Part shown: positions 1-12,994 of the stretch, in pieces
Layout: each line of letters begins with the position of its first letter
How positions within the stretch are numbered: position 1 is the stretch's first letter
DNA from: Schmidtea polychroa
Lineage: Eukaryota
Direction: 5' to 3'
DNA length: 64,000 nucleotides
Assembly (NCBI GenBank): GCA_044892525.1
Contig: CM097886.1
Span: forward strand, 82,026,001 to 82,090,000
Position numbers and translations under genes: made by a program
Notes under the pieces: generated by a model
What the model saw: only the letters and a program-made list of their open reading frames with translations
Databases searched by the model: none
Told to the model about the DNA's origin: nothing

Positions 1-3000
1 TACTATCTACTGACATTTTAAATTTCACAGCAACAAAGGGCAGGGGGTACTGGAAAGAAAGCTCATAGTACACGACTATATTATTTTTTACACGCATTTT
101 ATCGTCCTATTTAAATGGCCAAATCTCGTTTTTAGTATAGCTACATATATGTAGAATTTAATTATTTACAAGTTGGTTTAAATAGAAATTTAAATTTTAA
201 GTTGTACGTTTTACACGCACATGTTTCCTATTAAAATTTGGACTTTTTACCATGTTAAAGGAAAGTATTTAATTTTATAAATTAGTTTAATTAGAAATTG
301 AAAATGGTGTTTATCTGAAATACATATATGTTTTGTTGTAAAATTTACATTTTTCACCTAGTTAAAATAATTTTATTGAATTTGCACTATAATTCTTTAC
401 AAATTGGAATGTCGTAGTGTTTGCCATACACAAATGTCTTGTTGTATATTATTTCAGTTTTTATCTAGTTAAAATAGTATTATTGTGTTTTCACATTTAA
501 CGATGTTTATACGAAATTTAATTCTCTACAATATTGATGAGTCGCAAGTAATCCACATTTTATCTTGGCGTATTATTTCTAGCACAATCCAGAATACAAT
601 GTTGCTTTGCCATTCGATACCCGTTAAATGATCAACGTTGGAACTGTATCGGATGGGTAATTACTCTCAAAAAGTGAGTGTCACTTTGCACATTATAATG
701 GTCGACCATTCAAACGAGTTCGCGGACCATCGTTAGAAGACAATTGTCTGTCTTTATTTTAGGTCCCTTAGTCAGTTGTTTAATCTCTGCGAAGCTGAAA
801 AATTAGGCTAACTAAATTAAATTTTTATTTATTGTCTTCAACCAATGCGAGCAAAGTGTGGGTCACTTACTTTGTATGATTTTAATAATGTTACATTATT
901 TAGGGTTAAACAGATTAGAGTGTTTATAGAACATCTTAGATTTATCTAAAACCTCGCATATGTATTATACCTATAGTAAAGGAGATGATTGGTTACATGA
1001 CTGAGGAATCGGTAAAATATGATAGAAATTGTATTAAAACATCGTCCTTTTTTCTATATTCATGCTAACTTTGATAAACTTTTTATAATATAAGAATGAA
1101 ATTTGATTGTTATTTTTTAATTTTCTCAAATTTTTATATTTTTCAAAATTTGTTTGTTTTAATGCTTATAACTTTGAATTAACGTTGATTTTTAGTTTAT
1201 TAAAATTATATTTGTCGTAGCCATTTCTGGAAGGCTACACTTATAAACTTCCATCTGCCTCATCTTTTCATTTATATTTTTAACCCCATGTTATCTCCTA
1301 CCAGAACTTAAATAATTAAAGACGTTATTGTGAGATTTGAATATTATGTCTTATATTTGTATATATAATAGTGTATATCTAGAGAATTAAGGCTTGTGTT
1401 AAAGAAGTTTTGTAGAACTCGATAGAGTCTCCTGTAAAAAGTATCGGGACAATCGGGGTGTTTGTATGTAAAGTTGTAGAAAAAGTACAAAATAACAATT
1501 CAATTAAATTACAACTTTTATTAACAAATAAATAAATAATACCTCAGAAAATATGATATCGGTATTGTGAATTCGCCTTTTGTCAAAAACCAATCTTTTG
1601 TTTATAATCTTAATAATCAAAACTTGTAATCGTTATATGGAACTTTTCCTTCTATATGAGTTATATTACATTTTTCTTTAATTTAGAAGTTATACGCTTG
1701 ACATGTATGGTCAATTCTATCAATTTTTGATTCAATATTTATCAATTTAAATGGCAATTTTTTATTATTTATGATTTTTTTATTTTCTAATTCTTATATT
1801 TTATTTTATTTCGTCGTCATAATGGATTTGACCATTTTCTAGAATCTTCTATATTATTTTAATGATTTTATATAATTTCGATTTATTTTACTTCCTAATT
1901 TATTTTTATATATAATTTATAATTTTTATATATAATTTAGTTTCTGCTAGTTTCGGAGTTATGATAGATTTCGCCCTTTTCCATTCATTTTAATCGATTT
2001 TCATCATTTTTTATTATAATTTCAATTAATTATTTATTCTTTTTTCTATGAAATCTTTCTATCTCTAGTTTCTATTTTCTTTTTACATCAGGTTAATAGA
2101 AAAATACACGAAAGAAGCTACTTGTTAAAAGACTGAGGCAAGATAATAATCAAAAATATTGAGATGAAAGATTTTTAAAAGGAGAGATATGAGAAAAAAT
2201 CTAAAATATTAAATTTAATTTTATAAAAATTTTAAATTTAAATTAAGAATTGTTGACATGAAATGTTAAATTATAATATTTTAATTACAATATAAATTAT
2301 AATATAAATTTTAGTTTATAAATTTAAATGTTTTATGAATGCTGATATGAATTTATAAATCTGCATCGAAATTAAAAAGTTTCGAAAATTTGTTAAAAAA
2401 TATCGTGATGAAATATATTTTTAATAATTAGATTTATTTAGTTATCAATTTTAAAAATAACCATGGATTGGAATGTAATTCGATTGCTGCTAACATAATA
2501 AATAGAAGTAACTTACTACAATTTCTTTCATAAAAATCCCCTAAAAATATAATTTATGTCACGGTGGGCAAATGCGGCTCTTTGATGAGCTGTGTGGCTC
2601 CCACTGAGATCTGATTTTATAGTAAATATTGAATATGACAATATGTTGTGGGTCTTTGTAAAACAGGGAAAACCTGTATTTAGCTATCGATGACCTCATG
2701 CATGCCCACGCCTGATTTATGTATTAAAAATTTATGAATTATTAAACTAAATAAATGAAACACTCATTTTTTATAAAAAATTTGCAAAGTTTCAAAACTC
2801 TAGCAATTTGAAGTATTTTGAAAAATCTTCATGGGACGCTTTTGTGCCGCAGCACATAGGTTAGGAAACACTGATTTATAGAATATCTTATATTAAACAA
2901 TGTTCTGATTCTTTCAATTCCAATAACTGAAATTTATTACAACAAGCGATTCTGAAAATAGTAATTTTACAATGTAAAACACTGAATACATAAGTTTTTG

Positions 3001-3280
3001 AAACGAGAAATAAATATTCGATGAGTAAAGTAAACAATTGAATAAACAAAAACAATAATTTTATAACGTCAATATTGAATTTTCTAACACTGAATTTCGG
3101 CATTGATAAGAACAAAACATTTCATTTAATACTTTAGCTCGTAAAAAATTTGAATTTAAGGATATACAAATGATTTAATTAAATTCAAATTAATTCGAAA
3201 ATAACATTTTTATGTTTTATTTACTATATAATTTAGAACAAAAAACCAACTTTTAAAAAATTTAATTCCATCAAAAAAAG

Positions 3281-3452
3281 NNNNNNNNNNNNNNNNNNNN
3301 NNNNNNNNNNNNNNNNNNNNNNNNNNNNNNNNNNNNNNNNNNNNNNNNNNNNNNNNNNNNNNNNNNNNNNNNNNNNNNNNNNNNNNNNNNNNNNNNNNNN
3401 NNNNNNNNNNNNNNNNNNNNNNNNNNNNNNNNNNNNNNNNNNNNNNNNNNNN
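3281..3452. other. Assembly gap (172 N)
   Basis: Run of N. Confidence 1.
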
Positions 3453-6424
3453 CCTTTTGCTGCAAATAATGTATTTAATGAAAGAATTTTCGACTATAAG
3501 ATAGTCCTTTTCAATTCCATGGAGTTTAGCTTCTTCTATTTTCTAAAATGCTTTTCGATCTTCTCTTTTATTTGATTTTTCTTACTTCTCATTGGTCAAA
3601 AATAATAATAAACTTTTTTTCTGAAGAAATTAAAATTCTAAAAACTTTTTTTCTTAAATATCCTTTAAAATTCAAAACGACTCATTGAAAAAATTTTTAA
3701 TTTTTAAAGCTTCTTTATTAGATCATTATTAACTTTATTAGGTCATAGAAATCTATTTTAATAAATACTATCTATTTTATATTATTTTAAATTATTATTT
3801 TTTAATTTAATTTTTTTTTAAAAAAAGCTATTCTGAAGGTCAAAAACAACAAATCAAATTGATGATTTCATTGATCTCTTCTTTAGTGTTGATTGTTGAC
3901 CGTCTGTTTATTATGAGAATTTCTTCCTTAAATCTGACATTTTTTTGGTTAGGGGTTTCCTTAGATTTTTTGATAGATTTTTATAATAGATAAAATATAA
4001 TCTTAGAAGATCATTAGGATTTGAAAATCAAAATAGAAACATTTTTAAAAATATTGAAATTGCACATATAAATAGTTATTGGAAACTATATTTTTCCTGG
4101 CTTGTAAATATTAGTGACAGAGCAGGCAACTGTTACAGGTGAACTAGTTACAGGGCTGAAAAATGCCTTGCACAGTCCCGCGCTTCATTGAGCCAGATGA
4201 AATGGGGCTGGTCTCTGACACAGGTTTGATTGTCGGATGGATTCAAGTAAAGTCAAAATATTGTGATCTAATTCTGTCCGAATTGTTATAGTTGATTTCA
4301 TGAGTGTGGAGTGTTATGTGATTTTGTTTTGCGAATTTGGATGATAATGACTTCGCCGGAAAATTTGAATAGGTGAAAACGATAGTGAGGCAATCAAGTT
4401 ATACAACAGATGAAACAATTGGTGATAAAGTTTCGTTCCTATGACACTGATGTTGCTGGGTTGAAAATTTGAAATGATTGACTGTTGAGTTCGACAATTT
4501 GATGTCAATTATAAACGTATGGGTACGGTGAATAGGAATCTCTTTTTAATAATGGGTAATTTTTGTCATTCAATTAAAATTCTTCGCGACGAATCGCTTT
4601 TAAAGCATACATCTTAACGTCACCATAAAACCCCAAACAATCAGTTTCTGTTACAGTAGAAACTCCGGTTACAATTTCATTTTCGAGTTCTCCAATGGTA
4701 TTCGAATTCATCAATTTGACATTTACTAAAATATTCTTCAATGGGATTCAATTGCAGACGATATTGCGGATGAAATAAAATATTGTGTCCATATTCCACT
4801 TTAACATTCCAAAGACCTAAATCCTTGTGGAATGCCACATTATACATAATTATCGTTTAATTCTGCATATTCAACTCACTCATTTTTCTTAATAGCTTTG
4901 CCGAAAATTCAATATACATCTCTTTTGTTTTTGTGTCATATGAAAAATTATTCCTCTCTTAGATATCCCAGCACAAATTAAATAATTTCTAGACCTTAGT
5001 GTTTTTACCACTTTCAAGCAGGAGTTCCCACCAAACTTCTTCGGTAATTCAGTCTAAGTGAGCAACTCAATCCCATTTCATGGACAAAAATCGTTTTGTC
5101 TTCATTAAGTAGAAAATATTTGTTCGCATAATCATATCTCCAAGTTATATTCTCGGGACTATTTCTGGCCGCCGGTATCAAGCTGACCCGTTTTAAGGAA
5201 TAATTTAACTTATTCAAAGATCTCTCTATCGTGGGGAATTATACGACTATTCCCTTTTCGATGTAAATGCGATGTTTAAGTTATTTCAAAGTGAAAGATA
5301 CATCATTTTAAATTTCATCTACTATGAGTGTTTCAACATCGGAGTTTATTTTCCTTGTTTTTGAGACTCTTCGTTTATTCGTAATTTCCAAATCGTTTTG
5401 AGGTCTGCAAAACACTTCTAATCGTCTCCAGTGCCAATGCAATTTCTTGAGGCGACTTTCCAGCTTCATACATATTTATAATAGACTTTCTTGTTTCGTC
5501 TGACATTTGCTTCTCCGGTTATTCATAGGCCTTTCTTTTTTTAGAGATTTTAATTAAATTTAAAAATTATACAAACAATCAATGTGTTAAATTTCATAAT
5601 AAACTGATTATGTGTTTGGTTTGTATATTAATATGTACCTTTTGCTTTTTTAATATAGTTTATTTTTAATGTAGTTTTTTTATTTGTTAATATAGTTTTT
5701 TATATGAGAAATTAAATATAATAGAGAATTGCGACAAATGCAATGACTAAAAACCCAAATATTTTCCGACAAAAGTGAAGGATGCAAATGATTTAATTTA
5801 AATACAACCATTTTTAGATATCCGTTAGTCGAGTTTTCTCCCTACAATTGTGAGTGGCATTATTAATTTTGTCACCTTCTGCTGATCCTGGTGGTCTAAT
5901 GGTTTTACAGCAGTAAGACACGGAGATCTAGATTGGCCTAAAGACATGGATATACATCAATTAGGTCAAAGTTGTCCCGCAATGATATTGAAAAGAGAAG
6001 TAAAAGAAATTGGAGATGTTTTTCGAGGTAAATATCAATTGCGTGAATAGAAACAAGAAAAAAAAGTATTATGATAGAATTCCTATCCACCTTGATCAAT
6101 TAAAAATTTCGCATGGACATATTCAAAGTGTGCACAGACGGCTTCCACAACAAAATCGAGCGTTTGAAGATAATACACCTCGAGATCGAAAGTATTTTGA
6201 ATGTCGACTTTTCTTTTATACTAAAAATAATCACTTTGATTAATTGGTTTTTAGCTGGATTGCTTCTATCTGACAATGGTTTGACAACCGGTTCCTCGAA
6301 CGTTGTGTTGGAGTTTGGCTCGTGCAGAGTGTGAGTTTATTAGCCGTATAGAGGCTTGGATAATAAGAATAATAACAATAATAGGAAAATAATAATAATA
6401 GAAATAGTATAAGTTCAAAAATAG

Positions 6425-6426
<2 letters not shown>

Positions 6427-6497
<71 letters not shown>
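6427..6497. repeat. (AT)n microsatellite
   Basis: About 35 perfect AT units. Confidence 0.98.
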
Positions 6498-6501
<4 letters not shown>

Positions 6502-8065
6502 GCATTTTATAATTACTAAAATTAGATATAATAGAATATAATTTTATATAAATAAGATTAAGTTTTTGGTAAAAACTAGAAAATAATTTTCTGCTAAAAT
6601 CGATTCGGATTAATAGCAATAAAGAAAATATCACTTGAGCTGAAAAATCAATATTGATTAACAGCAGGAGAAAAGAGAGGAAATTATTCATTAACTCCAC
6701 TGAGAAAGAACACGACTACCAGCTGTGCAAAGAAATTAATTGTCTAATACTAAAGAATTAAAGCAGCTGTTGCCTCAGAAATTTGGTATTTAAAGCAAGA
6801 CAAAAGTTAATTCAGTCAGTCAATTTTTGCTCAAGCATTTCTGCTTCGACAAAAATAATCAGAAACACTAAAAGCTATATAAGCTTGTTTGGAAAGTACA
6901 TAAAATTCTTAACCATAAGGTTATTTGAATTTTATTTTATTTAATTAATAGACTCAACTGCACAACCCGACCACGAGAAGCAGCATTTCTGCCTGACTTA
7001 CTCGTTCGATATAAAACTTTAACAGGTTAATGTCTAGGTAACGGTAGATCGAACTTGGTCTACACGATCGCGCAAAATTCGGGAATTCCCTCATCTTGTC
7101 CCATTCTTTTATACAGCGCTGTGAGGCATTAGTTCCATCGTTTGTGCTTTATCTGAGGACGGTTCGAATAACCGATTTCTTTGCTTAGAGTTGAGCGGCA
7201 TTTCTCGGAAAATATTTATTTACTTTTGTATTATTGTGCATAGTTAATAAAGTTTCTATATATACATTCACGCCTTTTTTAATTCATATTAAATTATTTA
7301 TAATTACACTCACATATTTCGTATTGATGTCTTTGGAGTCAGATATAATCTGTGTTAGGAAGAATCAACCCACCTAATCAGAACCTAACAGTTGTATGAA
7401 CCATATCATGATCCTTTGTTAATCCTTCACAATATCCCTAATCATTGTTGGTCTCCATTAATCATGCTGTCATGATGATAGCCTTCCGAGATTCTCATTT
7501 TGTTTATTCTCCAGGTTAATTGAGTAGGGGTTTCCTTCATTTTTCGGGTTCTTCATTAGCTCGGGTTTTTTATTAGCCAATTAATTTATTAACGATTTTC
7601 TGTTTTAACGCATTAGAATGCTTTTCGACCCTTTCTAACCATTTTCTGATAAATACCTAATCACTCTCTTGTTGACCATTACCTAATCTATACCTGTCCC
7701 GTTTTTCCGATTCCATTTCGTTAACTTTACAATTTATTGATTTTTTCGGATTTTTTGCCTTTTGTAACTGCTTTGCTATTTCATACTACTGTTTCCATCA
7801 TAATTTCCTTTGTAATCACTTCTGTGCATGATCACAATTCTATTTTTCATTCGATCTACATTTTATTTAAATTTATTCTAATTTACTGACCCCAACACTT
7901 TTATAACACCCATCATGTAATATAAAACTTTTTCTCTACAATTTACAATAATCAAGATTTTACAGTTACCTCACTCAACTAGTTTATATTATTTCATTAA
8001 TTTAGATCTTTATTCTATTTTTAATTCTATTTTTTTAAATTATTCTATTTTAATGAAATTAACTA

Positions 8066-8302
8066 CTCCCTCTGTCCAAAAATGATAGTCCAGTTTGACG
8101 TTAAACCTTAATTTCTTTTATACGTAACAGTGATATTTAAAATGCAGTTTTGTTATTTGTTCAATCAATAAAATAAAATTATTTAATGTGTTTTTACTGT
8201 AAAAGGTTTTACAAAACCGTTCAATTTTTTATATTCTCTATTGAGAATCATTTTGGAAAAAGGCTAAAATGCAACTGGATTATAATTTTTGGACAGAGGG
8301 AG
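8066..8302. mobile_element. 237-bp Tc1/mariner-type (Stowaway-like) MITE
   Basis: 30-bp TIR CTCCCTCTGTCCAAAAAT(G/T)ATA(G/A)TCCAGTT with 2 mismatches, flanked by TA at 8064-65 and 8303-04. Confidence 0.9.
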
Positions 8303-8606
8303 TATTTGGTTATCATATTAAATCCAGTAACTCTTTGATAATGAATTTAAATAATTTAAGTGCCATTTTCACATGACTATCCAATTTCATTAAAATATGA
8401 AAAATAATTTCAACAGAAATAAGATATCCTGCTATTCTGGAATTATTCAAATTAGTAAGACTGAAATTAATTTTTTACTGATATTCGATCAAATTATACC
8501 TTTACAAATGAAAACAAATTATACGTGTCACTAATTACTAAATAACAATTTGTTTAAATATTCTTTTGTATTTTTTGCAAAAAATTATATATCTTAAAAT
8601 TTATCA

Positions 8607-10849
8607 ATGAATTTTGAAGGTATTCAAGATATATTTTTGCATTTTTTTCACATTTGAGTTATAATTTAATTAGATGCTTATCAAGAATTAAAAGAAATTC
8701 GTGAAAAGGGAGGCAGGGAAAGTGAAAGAGTTATAGAACTGTGGAATGCATGTGTTCGAGACCTATCCTATAAATTGGGCGACGAAAGTATTTTATTTCA
8801 TTTTTATATGACCTTTAACAAATCATTTAGTTTGGATTATATATGAACAAGTTTTTATTTCAGCTTTAGATACTGCTGAAACAGTTATCGCCGTTGTTGG
8901 TATTTTATTTATTTAATTTATACGTTTGAATTTTCTAATTAAATTTAAAATTTTTGAAAGTTACAACTAATAAGATTCTGGGCATCATGAAAACTTATTA
9001 AATATCTATTTGTTCTTGCTAAATTAGAATGTAATTCAAATTTTGGTATTATTAATCACTTTAGTTATTAGAGAATATTATATTATTTAAATTTCTAATT
9101 GTTTATAAATACGAGTTGAGAGTGTTCCAAAAATAAATTTGTACATTTATTAAATTATACTTTAAAATTCTGAAAATTCATTTTGTTGGATATAATCAAT
9201 TTAGTTTTATTTCAATTTTATTTCACAATTCGTGTGATGATTTATATATAATTTTGGCACCATTTGAGCAAATATCACGGATATATGAATTCATCTCTAC
9301 GATTTAAGTTTTTCTCAACCAAGAAGTTTTGAAGCATTCACTTTAATCAAATGCTTGTTTAATTGTTACCTTTTCCACTAGTGCATTCTCTTCTGGTTTG
9401 TTATTTTAATCAGATTCATTATTAATATCCATATTTACTTTTCTAATGATATTTCCAATTTTTCCACTCGTTAATGGTTTCAAAATATTCAATTTTATTA
9501 TCCATCTCAACAAAATCACACGGCATCATGTTTATAATAGGTTCTTCTATGATTCTTCTTGATTCCAAATTACGATTTTTTTTTGATTTACGATCACAAC
9601 AAGGGGTCATTTTAACCTATGTTGCTAGTGCTAATCAATAAAGTCAACCTATTTATGAATATTTCGTATATTTTTAAAATTATAAGAGTCTTGGAAGTGA
9701 AAAAGAATTTCTTCTACATTAAAAACATCAGAGGAGTTGTAGGTAGCGGTTAAAAAGTGTTAAGAGAATAGTTTTCATTCACTATTCGGCATTCAAGTGA
9801 GTATATTATTTGTTTAATCATCATGATACGCTGAACTTTTGTCGGAAATAAATAATAAAATATTCATTCAAAATATGTTTACCAATATTGTTTCTTTTGG
9901 TTAAAATTACAGACTTTTCCTACTTTACCGGATGTTACTGATTAAAATTTTGAATTCCGCGTGACACTCGGAACTTAATTTTTTATGTCATATGCACAAG
10001 GATTCATAATGTATCTTAAAATTATTTTTATATTTGATTTCCGAGTAACTGTTGAACCCAGTGAAACCCAGAAAAATCTTTTATCTTCTAATCTGCTTAT
10101 GTACCTCATAATCTTTTCTATCTATTAGAATTTTTAATTTTCTCAAATTAATTTAAGTAATAACTTTGTAGGAATGTTTCAATGCATTAGAAGTGAAATT
10201 TAAAGGTTCTTCTAGAGTAAAACGTTTGTATGCAATGTTATTAGAATATCAAGAGTGCTATGATGACGCAAAACGAGTGTATGAAAATCTTCTTAAAGAA
10301 GATCCGACAAATGTATTAACAATTAAAAGATTCATTGCTATGTTGAAAGCTCAAAGTAGACCAATAGAAGCCATTAGAGAATTAAATAAATATCTCGAAA
10401 ATTTTATGAGTGACTACGAAGCTTGGGGAGAATTGTGTAATTTGTATTTAGTTGAATGTGATTATAAAAAAGCAGCATTTTGTATGGAAGAATTAATTTT
10501 ATCCAATCCTCATAATCACCTCTATCATCAGATTTATGCAGAGGTAATAATCTGATATATTTAGATATCATTATTAAACAAGTTAGATTAAATATACAGA
10601 AGGTGGCATTGAAAATCTAGAAATAGCCAGATCTTATTTCGCAGAGGCATGTAAATTGAATGAAAAAAATATGAGAGCCCTTTTCGGATTACAATTTGTA
10701 AAAATTATTGCTCTTTAGTTGTTGATTGAAACAGTATTTATTAGACCTCTTTAAATCTTGCTCAAAACAGTAAAGTGTCGAAAGAATTGAAGAAAGAGTG
10801 CCAGAAATCAGTTGTTTGGGCAACTGAAACCATCGACAAGTTGTATGAA
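8607..10849 (+). CDS. EMC2: ER membrane protein complex subunit 2 (TTC35); spliced, last exon not located
   Basis: GT-AG exons 8607-8619, 8674-8787, 8831-8895, 10172-10543, 10587-10697, 10745-10849 join in frame: [74 protein letters not shown] match the human EMC2 sequence as recalled. Confidence 0.95.
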
Positions 10850-12747
10850 GTAAGTTTATATTTTATTACTCAATATTCGGTTATTTTGACTCCTTGTGTT
10901 CTTTGATAATAAATAAACAACACCAAACATGTATAGAAATATTACAAATTTGTACAATTGAATCGTTTCAATAAAAGTCTGATATTATTCATATCTGCTT
11001 TCTGTGATTCTTCAAATTAATTCTTTTCTCTTTAAAGTTCTTTCAGTTATGAAATTTTTCTTGCTGCAATTAATTCCCTTTGTTCGATTATCAATTGCTT
11101 CCTTGTTTCCTACCCTAGGCAAAAGCTGATTATTGACATTGTTTCTTTTATGTCCTTGTATTATATTTTCAATATAAACCAGAAACAAAATATATTATGC
11201 ACATGGCCACCAATGGTTGGGATAGATAAAATCACCAACATTTCACAATCGATATATGGAAACTGGCACTCTATAACGTATGGAGAATTAATTTTTGAAT
11301 TTTATTTTTTCTGATTTACTTAGAATGAATTGAATATATTGTGTAAATGTAAATGTTTTTATTAAATCCTCTTTCCCCACTGAGTTTCTACAATAACAGA
11401 ATTCGACTCAATGTTGGTAACTCTAGACAACTATGATTAAAGACAAAGCATCCCACAGCATTGTCTGTCATCGCTAATGATCAGCAAAACATCAAAAATA
11501 ATGTTTATAGTCAAGCAAAGCTATCGAGTCAGAGTTGGTAAAAAGAATATAACGACCCCAAATTTCATTAAAAGGAGAAATCGCTTTAGTACGAATTTCT
11601 GGGATGAATTTGAAAAGCAGTTTTTAAATGGATTTGAAAAAATTGAAATATATGACCGCTCATCAAAGTGAAATGTGGAACAAGCCGTCGCCATTTATCC
11701 AGAAATTATTCGTGCCGTGGCTAGGTATACGACGGTTATGTTCCTAACACCAGTCAACATGGGACTGTTATTTTCAGCCTTGAAAACAATTAAAATGTAT
11801 TTTATACTACTTTTCTCTGTAGTATTTCTACAAACACTTTGTTCCATTTGAAGATATGACTCAACTTTGAATTCGTTGTTCCACGCCGGAGACTGGAGTC
11901 TCTTTTGACCTAGTTGGTCACCTACTAATTGACAATACGTTCAGCTACCTTCTAACCATTATTTCCAAGAAAACAAGATGGTCCTCATTAAATCTTTCTG
12001 TCGATATGGGCACCTCCAATATGTTATGAGGATGGGTTGCTCTGATATGCATATCAGAATTTTTCAATTACAGAGGGGGTAACCAATTCGTATTTTGTCT
12101 GTCTATTCGACTCTGAGAAATTAGTTATCAAACATATTCGTACCAAAGTCTACCACCAAAAATCCAGTGGTATGATTGAACGCTTTCACCAAACCTTAAA
12201 GACATCTTTAAGAATCCTGTTAGGAAATTCAAGTAGACCAAAGTCCGTCGAGCATTTGTAATCGATACTAGGCAAAGGCATTACCAAGCATCAGAATACA
12301 GATAATTAGTGGCAGAAGAAAACGCTGGGTTGATGGAAATGGTAATGAAGTAAAATGAAAATCAATACAAATCAAATTAGAACCAACACAATACAGATGG
12401 TTAGTTGTAGAAGGGAATACTTGGTTTACAGAATCTGTAATGAAGTGACATAAGATGAAAAAACAATAATAATAAATATCTATAATAATCAAATAGAAAT
12501 TGATAATATAAAGAATAAGGAACAGATGGTTTCAATAAGCGCGTTGACAGTTGTGAATCGTCTTCCTGAAGTCCCGTAAACTAACTAAGTCCGTCCTTGA
12601 TTCTAGCTTGACTAGAACATCTTCATGACCACCGATGTGATGTTATTGGTAATATTCTCTACTTCAGCCCTCTCGATCTTATACAGCAATCAATACTGAG
12701 TAAAATATGTGGATCAAAATTCAAGTCTTAAAATTAAACATCTTACC

Positions 12748-12994
12748 TAAGGTGACCAGATTTTTAGATGGGCGAAGCGGGACAACTTTGAAGGAGGGGG
12801 GTATCAACAAAAATTTTCATATAGAATAAAAATAATATGGTAATATTTTTTGATTTTTAACATAAGTACAATTTATAAATATAAAAAATTGTATAATATT
12901 TTATTCCTTGACATATTTTTTTATTCATTTTGACGCGGGATAAATCGTGAAAAATCGGGACTGTTCCGCCAAAAGCGGGAGTCTGGTCACCTTA
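12748..12994. mobile_element. 247-bp non-autonomous DNA transposon, probably hAT-like
   Basis: Perfect 13-bp TIR TAAGGTGACCAGA / TCTGGTCACCTTA with subterminal CGGGA motifs; no clean 8-bp TSD seen. Confidence 0.65.

Noticed and set aside
3271-3465. ORFs across N gaps (also 63093-63293) and across the AT microsatellite (6266-6700)
   Set aside because: Artefacts of gaps and low complexity.
4560-5200. Possible Helitron/PIF1 remnant (LNPCGMPH, FHGQ)
   Set aside because: Only two short motifs among stops and frameshifts, with spacing not convincing.
11385-11440. Candidate last EMC2 exon (EFDSMLVTLDNYD)
   Set aside because: No in-phase acceptor joins it to exon 6; left unresolved.
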